From NCBI GenBank assembly GCA_012519025.1, contig JAAYQZ010000032.1, forward strand, positions 7 through 64,006: a stretch of 64,000 nt of DNA, written 5' to 3'. This DNA comes from Bacillota bacterium (GTDB lineage Bacteria; Bacillota; Limnochordia; DTU087). Shown here one piece after another: positions 28,996-36,025 of this stretch (position 1 is the stretch's first letter; every line of letters starts with the position of its first letter). The notes beneath the pieces are model-generated. The model saw nothing but the letters and a program-made list of their open reading frames with translations. It did not search any database and was not told the origin of the DNA. Both the position numbers and the translations under genes were made by a program.

Positions 28996-29289
28996 TTGCA
29001 GGTGGCAAGGGTCGTGGGAAATGTTGTGGCTACCCAAAAAGATCCCAAATTGGTCGGATTTACGCTCCAGCTTGTACAGCCCATTGATATAACTACAGAA
29101 ATGCCTACAGGCAGCCCGCTTGTGGCAGCAGATACGGTGGGGGCCGGTGTTCAAGACATAGTTATGATCGTAGGGGGCAGTTCTGCTCGGTTGACTATAA
29201 AAACAGCCGATTCCCCTGTGGATGCTGCTATAGTCGGTATTATCGATACGGTGAATATTTTAGGGGAGACAATGTACAGCCGCAGCTGA
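28996..29289 (+). CDS. BMC-P vertex protein (EutN/CcmL family), copy 1
   Basis: MQVARVVGNVVATQKD...VAADTVGAGVQDIVMIVGGSSAR...VDAAIVGIID. AAGGAGG RBS 8 nt before the TTG. Confidence 0.9.
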   Translation: MQVARVVGNVVATQKDPKLVGFTLQLVQPIDITTEMPTGSPLVAADTVGAGVQDIVMIVGGSSARLTIKTADSPVDAAIVGIIDTVNILGETMYSRS

Positions 29290-29351
29290 GTACCGTCGGT
29301 TTGAAAGGAGAAATGGAGGCTCGGTATTGAGGACAGTCTCCGCGAGAAACT

Positions 29352-29615
29352 ATGAAATTCGGTAAAGTCATCGGCAGTGTCACTGCCACAATCAAAGATC
29401 CGGGTCTGCAAGCACTCAAGTTCCACGTTGTTCAGGCCTTGGATGAAAAGTTGAGGCCCTTACCATCCACTTATATTGCTGCAGATGCTGTGGGGCAGGT
29501 CGGACTTGATGATATTGTGACAGTGGTGTTTAGCCGCGATGCGGCAGAGGCCTTTTTGACAATCACACCTCCTGTGGATGCCAGTATTGTCGGGATAGTG
29601 GCTCAAACGGTTTAG
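29352..29615 (+). CDS. BMC-P vertex protein (EutN/CcmL family), copy 2
   Basis: MKFGKVIGSVTATIKD...IAADAVGQVGLDDIV...VDASIVGIV. Confidence 0.9.
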   Translation: MKFGKVIGSVTATIKDPGLQALKFHVVQALDEKLRPLPSTYIAADAVGQVGLDDIVTVVFSRDAAEAFLTITPPVDASIVGIVAQTV

Positions 29616-29666
29616 TTTGAATGTGCAGTGCCAATAGAGAGGTTAGGGCATAAGGAGTGCAAAACT

Positions 29667-29915
29667 GTGTATCTTGCCGAGGTCATAGGGCCGGTTGTTT
29701 GTACAGTAAAACACCAGGCTTACAATGGGAAAACCATGCTTTTGATCGTCCCTCTTGAAGGAGAAGCCGCTGGTTATGAGATTGCAGTTGATTATGTTGG
29801 GGCTGGTGTAGGTGATATCGTGCTTGCCGGGGGAGCCCCGGGAGCAGCTCAGGACATATTTGGACTAGAACAAGCACCAATCAGAACATTGATTATGGGA
29901 ATTATTGATCCTTGA
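29667..29915 (+). CDS. BMC-P vertex protein (EutN/CcmL family), copy 3
   Basis: (V)YLAEVIGPVVCTVKH...VDYVGAGVGDIVLAGG...TLIMGIID. GTG 29667 lies 7 nt after AAGGAGTG, whereas the ORF track begins at 29628. Confidence 0.85.
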   Translation: MYLAEVIGPVVCTVKHQAYNGKTMLLIVPLEGEAAGYEIAVDYVGAGVGDIVLAGGAPGAAQDIFGLEQAPIRTLIMGIIDP

Positions 29916-29965
29916 GTCTTAAGCCCACAACAAGCCGGCCAACGAAACTAAAGGAGGCGGCACAC

Positions 29966-30631
29966 TTGAATGAAGCGGATTTACGCATTCTTGTAGATGA
30001 AATCACCCAACAGATTTTAGCAGCAAATCAAAGGGAAAGCCTTTTAAAGCAAGAGGAAGATTGGCTGCCGGTCGGTGTTTCAGTGCGCCATGTACACATT
30101 TCATCCCATGATCTTGAAGTATTGTATGGTCCCGGCTGCACACTGACACCGCTGCGGGAGCTTTACCAGGTGGGTGAGTATGCGTGTAAGGAAGTTGTCG
30201 CCTTGGTGGGCCCAAGAATGCGGGCATTGGAAAGTGTACGGATTCTCGGGCCTGTGCGGGAAAAAACTCAAGTGGAAGTATCTAGAACAGACGCTGTTTA
30301 CCTCGGTATTGATCCGCCGGTGCGGGCATCGGGAGACCTTACCGGCTCCAGCCCCATTACATTGGTGGGGCCCAAGGGTACGCTGGTCCTGCAAGAAGGT
30401 GCCATTGTCGCCAACCGCCATATTCATATGAACAGCACTGACGCGAACCGATATGGTGTTGTTGATAACGACATTGTCAAGGTAGAAGTGCTCGGTGATA
30501 AAGGACTGGTTTTCAACAACGTTCAAATCCGTGTTCAAGACTCCTTCCGTTTGCAGATGCATGTCGATACCGATGATGCCAATGCTTCTGGAATCACAAA
30601 CGGGGCCAAAGCTCGGATCCTGCCAAAATAA
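29966..30631 (+). CDS. pduL: phosphate acyltransferase PduL with N-terminal encapsulation-peptide-like helix
   Basis: Two PduL repeats with metal-binding His motifs: VGVSVRHVHIS and ANRHIHMNS. TTG 29966 lies 8 nt after AAGGAGG and gives the N-terminus MNEADLRILVDEITQQILAAN. Confidence 0.9.
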   Translation: MNEADLRILVDEITQQILAANQRESLLKQEEDWLPVGVSVRHVHISSHDLEVLYGPGCTLTPLRELYQVGEYACKEVVALVGPRMRALESVRILGPVREKTQVEVSRTDAVYLGIDPPVRASGDLTGSSPITLVGPKGTLVLQEGAIVANRHIHMNSTDANRYGVVDNDIVKVEVLGDKGLVFNNVQIRVQDSFRLQMHVDTDDANASGITNGAKARILPK

Positions 30632-30675
30632 AGAACCTGCATCTTTCACAGTATGATTTGCAAGGAGGCCCGCCG

Positions 30676-32064
30676 GTGGAAGTGAGCATAAATACACTGC
30701 TTAGCAAAGTCAAAGATGCCGGAGTAGTTGGCGCCGGCGGCGCAGGATTTCCCACCCATGTGAAGCTCGCCGGTGAAGTAGATACCATTGTGATCAATGG
30801 GGCAGAATGTGAGCCTTTGCTGGATGTGGATATACAGCTTTTGGAAAATGAGGCAGAATCGCTGCTTACCGGACTTGAGCTTTTAGTTCGCATACTGGGG
30901 GCCAAAGAGGGCATTGTTGCTTTAAAGGCCAAACATGAAAAAGCAAAAGAGCGCCTTAGGGAAGTGTTGGCCGGAAAGGATAAGGCAAGCAAGCTCAGAT
31001 TGCATTTGCTGGATGACTTTTATCCTGTCGGTGATGAGCCCATTTTGCTTTATGAGGTGGTGGGGAAGGTAGTGCCTGAGGGCAATATTCCCCTTGTTTT
31101 AAAATGCCTTGTAATCAATGTGGAGACATTGAAAAATATTATAAGGGCAATAGATGGCAAACCAGTTATTACAACTTGTGTGACAGTAGCAGGAAGAGTA
31201 AAAGAGCCCGGCACTTTTGAAATACCGGTGGGAGCCTCTATCAAATGGCTTTTAGAGGCTGTCGGCGGAGCTGATTTAGACGATTATGGGGTAATGGTCG
31301 GTGGTCCCATGACCGGCACTGTTTTAAGCAAAGCAGAAGTAGAACAAAACACATCAAAGCCGGGCCACATGCCGGTTATCACAAAAACCACAAAAGCTGT
31401 TTTGGTGCTGCCGGCAGACCACAGTATCTTTCGCCATCACGCTCTAAATATAGGTGTTGTTTTACAAAGGGCCCAATCGGCATGCTGCCAATGCAGGCTT
31501 TGCACAGATCTATGTCCCCGCTACTTGTTGGGTTATGAAATTGAGCCCCACCTTGCTTTAAATAGGATCAACCACGGACAGACCCAGGATCCGGCAGCGA
31601 TTACCCATGCGTTTTTGTGTTCAGACTGTGGTGTATGTGAGCTTTATGCTTGTCCTGTCGGTCTCTCGCCGAGGCGAATCTACCAGGCTTTCAAAGAAGA
31701 GCTGCTCAAACAAGGTGTAGCAAATCCCCATATAAAAGCAAAACCACCCAAGGGGCCAAGGGAGGCCTGGGCCGGTCGCCACATCCCCACCAACCAACTG
31801 TTGTTGAGATTGGGACTTGGGGGATATGAGCAGAAAGCCCCCTGGAGACAGTTAAAAGTCCTGCCTTCCCGAGTAACCATTCCCTTAAAACAGCATGTGG
31901 GAGTACCGGCGGAGCCTTTGGTTCAGAAAGGTGAAATAGTCGAGGCCGGTCAATTAATAGGGGAACCACCGGTTTCTGCACTGGGTGCATCAATACACTC
32001 AAGCATCAATGGTCGAATTTCAGAAGTCACTGAAAAAGCCGTGGTGATTCAAATTGATGGTTAG
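30676..32064 (+). CDS. PduS/RnfC-like Fe-S flavoprotein, copy 2
   Basis: GVVGAGGAGFPTHVKL and NGAECEPLL. Cys clusters CCQCRLCTDLCP and CSDCGVCELYACP. C-terminal barrel-like KGEIVEAGQLIGEPPVSALGASIHSSINGRI. GTG 30676 lies 7 nt after AAGGAGG. Confidence 0.8.
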   Translation: MEVSINTLLSKVKDAGVVGAGGAGFPTHVKLAGEVDTIVINGAECEPLLDVDIQLLENEAESLLTGLELLVRILGAKEGIVALKAKHEKAKERLREVLAGKDKASKLRLHLLDDFYPVGDEPILLYEVVGKVVPEGNIPLVLKCLVINVETLKNIIRAIDGKPVITTCVTVAGRVKEPGTFEIPVGASIKWLLEAVGGADLDDYGVMVGGPMTGTVLSKAEVEQNTSKPGHMPVITKTTKAVLVLPADHSIFRHHALNIGVVLQRAQSACCQCRLCTDLCPRYLLGYEIEPHLALNRINHGQTQDPAAITHAFLCSDCGVCELYACPVGLSPRRIYQAFKEELLKQGVANPHIKAKPPKGPREAWAGRHIPTNQLLLRLGLGGYEQKAPWRQLKVLPSRVTIPLKQHVGVPAEPLVQKGEIVEAGQLIGEPPVSALGASIHSSINGRISEVTEKAVVIQIDG

Positions 32065-32692
32065 TGCCTCAAAACAGCACAAAAAGGGTCGTCAGCCATT
32101 TGATGCTCTAGGATTCCTGGAGATTCAGGGGGCAGCCCGGGGAATACAGGCTTTGGATGCGGGATGTAAAACAGCTTCAATTAATGTGCTAAAAGCTAAT
32201 GTTGCCTGCCCTGATAAATACACCATACTTTTCACTGGGTCTGCAGAAGATGTCGCGGCTGCATATAGCGCGGCTGCAGCCGCGATCGGGGCAGGCTATT
32301 ATGACGGCTGTCAGATCGGGCGAGTGCATCCAGATTTAGCCCATGGTCTAATGGGTATTTTTGGTCATACCGGTTGTGAGCGAAATGCGGGTTGGGAATC
32401 TGCACCCAAAGGTGAGAGCGATACCCCAAAAGGCAGCGATGCTGTAGGCGTGCTTGAGACTTTGTCAATTGCCTCGGGGATCAAAACAGCCGATTGTGCC
32501 CTTAAAGCAGGGTATGTAGTACTTAAAGAACTGCATTTAGGTTATGCACTCGGCGGCCGCAGTTATTGGCTGATAACCGGCGACACAGCTGCAGTACAGG
32601 CTGCGATGGAAGCTGCTGCAGACTGCGGTAAGGAACTTGGAAGGCTTGGGAGTTATTCCTTAATTTTGCAGCCGGGAACGCAAGTGTCTTAA
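32054..32692 (+). CDS. BMC-T shell protein, PduT-like with enlarged inter-domain linker, paralog 3
   Basis: Repeat 1 is ALGFLEIQGAARG...KANVACPDKYTILFTGSAEDV, with the Cys at the PduT position. A ~35-aa linker follows (GHTGCERNAGWESAPKGESDTPKGS). Repeat 2 is AVGVLETLSIASGIKTADCALKAG. Overlaps the upstream stop. Confidence 0.75.
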   Translation: MMVSASKQHKKGRQPFDALGFLEIQGAARGIQALDAGCKTASINVLKANVACPDKYTILFTGSAEDVAAAYSAAAAAIGAGYYDGCQIGRVHPDLAHGLMGIFGHTGCERNAGWESAPKGESDTPKGSDAVGVLETLSIASGIKTADCALKAGYVVLKELHLGYALGGRSYWLITGDTAAVQAAMEAAADCGKELGRLGSYSLILQPGTQVS

Positions 32693-32806
32693 AGCCAGCA
32701 CGCCAGGTCGGCAGTTGCGTCTTGGTGCCAGAATTGAGCGAAAGTTGATTAAAAGAAGGAGCGCAAAACTCCAGGGAAGAATTATATATTGAGGAGGGTT
32801 AGTGTG

Positions 32807-34039
32807 ATGGTACCGAAGCCCGAACCTAGAATCAAGCGGTTTGAAGAATTGGCATATGGGATGTTTATTCATTGGGGCCTTTACTCTTTGTTGGGTAAGG
32901 GAGAATGGATCATGCACCAGGCGAATATTCCCAAAGAGGAATATGCAAGATTAAAACATGAGTTTCGAGCCGACGAATTCCATGCACGGGCTGTAGCAAA
33001 GCTTGCGCGGACGGCGGGTATGCGCTACATCACAATTACGTCAAGACATCATGATGGTTTCTCTTTATACGATACACGGGGTCTAAGTGATTATGATGCC
33101 CCCAACAGTGCCGCGGGGCGGGATCTGATTGCCGAATTTGTGGAAGGCTGTAATGCAGAAGGGATTTTGCCGTTTTTTTATCATACCACACTGGATTGGT
33201 ATCAGGAAAGTTTTCAGGAGGATTTTACCGGTTATCTGGAGTACTTGAGGAGTTCAGTCAAGCTTTTGTGCACAAACTACGGTAAAATCGGGGGTTTGTG
33301 GTTTGACGGCAATTGGAGCAGGCCTGACGCAGATTGGGAACTTGACGCATTATATGGGCTGATTCGCAAATACCAACCGGAAGCCATGATCATCAACAAC
33401 ACCGGTCTTGAGGCCAGAGGCCGGATAATTCACCATGAGATTGACAGTGTTACCTTTGAGCAGGGACGCCCTTTGCCTTTGGAAAGGGAGGGTATGGAGA
33501 AATATGTTTCCGGCGAAATGTGTCAGACTATGAACCAACACTGGGGGTTAGGAGAGCGAGATTTTGCTTATATGTCGCCCAGGGAGCTGATTGAAAACTT
33601 CGCGGCTTGTCGCAAAGTTGGGGCTAACTATCTGCTGAATGTCGGACCCACCGCTTCCGGCCGTATCCCCGATTATGAAGCTGCCGCACTTTTGCGGGTG
33701 GGACAGTGGATTGAGCTTTATGGCGATTTGATGTATAAAGGCAGACCTACTACAATAAAGGGCTCCGGAGATGACTTTGCCTTAGAATATGACGGCAAAA
33801 TTTATCTGTTTGTGTATAATTTGTCGGTGCGAGGCGACAAAAATGTAGTTCGTATGACTTCGGGCGCTGGTCCACGGCTGTTTACAGATTGGGAGCAGCC
33901 AGTGAGGTGTGTACGCTGGTTGGATAATGATGAGGAACTTGCATTCACCCATGATGCAGACCGAGCATGGTTGGTTGTAGATGCTGCCGGATATCCATAT
34001 GGGACCAATTTGGTTGTGCGAGTGGCAGAGGTGACATAG
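32807..34039 (+). CDS. GH29 alpha-L-fucosidase, no signal peptide
   Basis: YGMFIHWGLYS, ITITSRHHDGFSLYD, GGLWFDGNW and ANYLLNVGP are typical GH29 blocks. The start lies behind a GAGGAGGG RBS. Confidence 0.85.
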   Translation: MVPKPEPRIKRFEELAYGMFIHWGLYSLLGKGEWIMHQANIPKEEYARLKHEFRADEFHARAVAKLARTAGMRYITITSRHHDGFSLYDTRGLSDYDAPNSAAGRDLIAEFVEGCNAEGILPFFYHTTLDWYQESFQEDFTGYLEYLRSSVKLLCTNYGKIGGLWFDGNWSRPDADWELDALYGLIRKYQPEAMIINNTGLEARGRIIHHEIDSVTFEQGRPLPLEREGMEKYVSGEMCQTMNQHWGLGERDFAYMSPRELIENFAACRKVGANYLLNVGPTASGRIPDYEAAALLRVGQWIELYGDLMYKGRPTTIKGSGDDFALEYDGKIYLFVYNLSVRGDKNVVRMTSGAGPRLFTDWEQPVRCVRWLDNDEELAFTHDADRAWLVVDAAGYPYGTNLVVRVAEVT

Positions 34040-34080
34040 GTGTGAGAAGGCCGGCGGGTGTCAACTGGAATCACACGGAT

Positions 34081-34107
34081 GCTGACCTTGTGGTCAGCCT
34101 TTTCTTT
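34081..34107 (+). terminator. rho-independent terminator closing the BMC/fucosidase operon
   Basis: GCTGACC-ttgt-GGTCAGC stem-loop followed by CTTTTCTTT. Confidence 0.75.
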
Positions 34108-34203
34108 GGGGGTAGGAGCATACACCTTTGTTAGAAAGTGCATAGATGCCTTAGCGGTTGCCGATAGTATAAGACACGAAGTCTCATTAAAGGAGGCAGG
34201 AAT

Positions 34204-35958
34204 ATGCAAGATTTGATTCGACTTTTACGCTATGCCCGATCCCAGTGGTGGAGGCTTTTGGTCGGGTTTGGCGGTTCCATTGTGGAAATGATTTTAGCAC
34301 TCTTAGTGCCGCTTTATACAAAACAAGTAATTGATCGCATCGGCAGTGGAGAATTGACCTCAAATGCGGCGTATGCATTTTTGAATTTGGTAGCATTTGC
34401 CCTGCTGATTACCGGTGTAATCCGTTCCATTTCTATTTTTATGCAGATCTATGTCACAGACAAAGCCTCACTGCAGGTGGCCCGTTCTTTAAGAAACGAT
34501 CTTTATGAAAAGCTGCAGCGGCAGTCCTTTGCCTTTTATGCAAAATCCGCTACAGGGGAATTGATGTCCCGCCTGACAAGTGATGTTGAAATGTGCCGTG
34601 AGGCGACAGGATTTGGGTTCAGTTCACTGCTCGGCAACTTAGTTTGGCTAACCGGTGTTACAGGGTATTTGCTTTATCTCGACTGGCAATACACTTTAAT
34701 CTCTTTGTCTATGCTGCCTTTCTTGTTTTTGGTGGCAGTGCGTTATTCTCAAAAAGTACATCCTTTGTATACCGATGTCCAAGAACAAAGGGCAAGTATG
34801 ACTGCCCAGGCCCAAGAGAACTTTTCTGGGGTTAGAGTTGTGCGGGCTTTCAGCCAGGAAGAACGGGAAGTTGAACAATTTCATGAAGAAAATATTGCAC
34901 TTTGTGACAAAACACTAGTAAGCGCTAAAACCAGTGCTTTTTATCATCCTGCCATGGATTTTTTCGCCAATTTGGGTACAGTATTTGTGCTTTGGTACGG
35001 AGGCAGGGAAGTTGTCTTAGGCAGAATGACTTTAGGTTCGATGATTGCCTTCCACGGTGCACTGTGGATGCTGATTTGGCCGGTGCGCATGATGGGGTAT
35101 ATCCTTGGTGTAATGCAAAGATCATCAGCATCTTCCCGGCGTGTTTTTGAGCTTTTGGATTGGCCCCAAGCCATTCAAGATGAACAAGATGCCGCTGAAC
35201 TGCCCTCCATAGAAGGCAAAGTTGCCTTTAAAAATGTGAGTTTCAGCTATGAGGACAACCAGCGTGTACTGCATAAAATTAATTTCGAGGCAGAACCCGG
35301 TGAGGTAATCGCAGTCGTTGGTTCCACTGGATCGGGCAAAAGTACTTTGGTGCATCTCATACCGCGGTTTTATGACGCAAATGAAGGCCAAGTGCTCATC
35401 GATGGCCGCAATGTGCGAGATATTACACTGAAATCTTTAAGAAGCCAAATCGGCATGGTGCTTCAGGAAAACTTCCTGTTTTCCACTACGATTCGGGAAA
35501 ATATTGCCTATGGGCGCCCAACGGCATCCCAGGCTGACGTTGAAGAAGCAGCTAGGGCCGCCGCGGCCCATGAGTTTATCATGGAACTGCCCAATGGCTA
35601 TGACACCATCGTGGGAGAGCGGGGTGTCGGCCTTTCCGGGGGGCAAAGGCAGCGGGTGGCCATCGCTAGAGCCCTTTTGGCAGATCCCAAGATATTGATT
35701 CTGGATGACTCTACTTCCAGCGTGGATTTGGAGACGGAGAGGAAAATCCAGGAAGCCCTTGAGCGTTTGATGGAGGGAAGAACTACATTTATTATCGCCC
35801 AGCGGTTGTCTACTGTACAGCTGGCAGATCAAATATTAGTTGTTCACGATGGTGTGATCGCACAGCAGGGTACCCATGAAGAGCTGGTCAAAGAAGGAGG
35901 AGTTTATCGTCAAATCCTCCAGTCGCAAATTTTGCCCGCGAACCATTTGGCAAGTTGA
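34204..35958 (+). CDS. ABC exporter, fused permease/ATPase (heterodimer partner 1)
   Basis: Six-TM N-terminal domain. Walker A GSTGSGKST, signature LSGGQRQR and Walker B ILILDD. AAGGAGG RBS. Confidence 0.9.
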   Translation: MQDLIRLLRYARSQWWRLLVGFGGSIVEMILALLVPLYTKQVIDRIGSGELTSNAAYAFLNLVAFALLITGVIRSISIFMQIYVTDKASLQVARSLRNDLYEKLQRQSFAFYAKSATGELMSRLTSDVEMCREATGFGFSSLLGNLVWLTGVTGYLLYLDWQYTLISLSMLPFLFLVAVRYSQKVHPLYTDVQEQRASMTAQAQENFSGVRVVRAFSQEEREVEQFHEENIALCDKTLVSAKTSAFYHPAMDFFANLGTVFVLWYGGREVVLGRMTLGSMIAFHGALWMLIWPVRMMGYILGVMQRSSASSRRVFELLDWPQAIQDEQDAAELPSIEGKVAFKNVSFSYEDNQRVLHKINFEAEPGEVIAVVGSTGSGKSTLVHLIPRFYDANEGQVLIDGRNVRDITLKSLRSQIGMVLQENFLFSTTIRENIAYGRPTASQADVEEAARAAAAHEFIMELPNGYDTIVGERGVGLSGGQRQRVAIARALLADPKILILDDSTSSVDLETERKIQEALERLMEGRTTFIIAQRLSTVQLADQILVVHDGVIAQQGTHEELVKEGGVYRQILQSQILPANHLAS

Positions 35959-36025
35959 AGGTCTAATGAACACCAAAGTTGAGTGTGAGAGTTTACAGAG
36001 ATAGTAAGAAGAAGGGGAGAAATAC

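Noticed and set aside
28551-29084. 177-aa minus-strand ORF across the PduT-like paralog 2 and BMC-P 1 genes
   Set aside because: It is antisense to two well-supported shell genes. Its Ala/Thr/Ser/Cys-rich composition mirrors GC-rich codon third positions, and it has no start context.
30101-30697. 198-aa minus-strand ORF opposite pduL
   Set aside because: It overlaps the whole PduL gene, which has both diagnostic His motifs, and no family resemblance is visible. Shadow ORF.
22659-34039. Classifying the microcompartment as PDU, EUT or a glycyl-radical (GRM) type
   Set aside because: No diol dehydratase, ethanolamine ammonia-lyase, glycyl-radical enzyme or activase, or B12-recycling genes (PduO/PduGH) are present. 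PduL, PduS-like and PduT-like genes are pan-BMC accessory genes.
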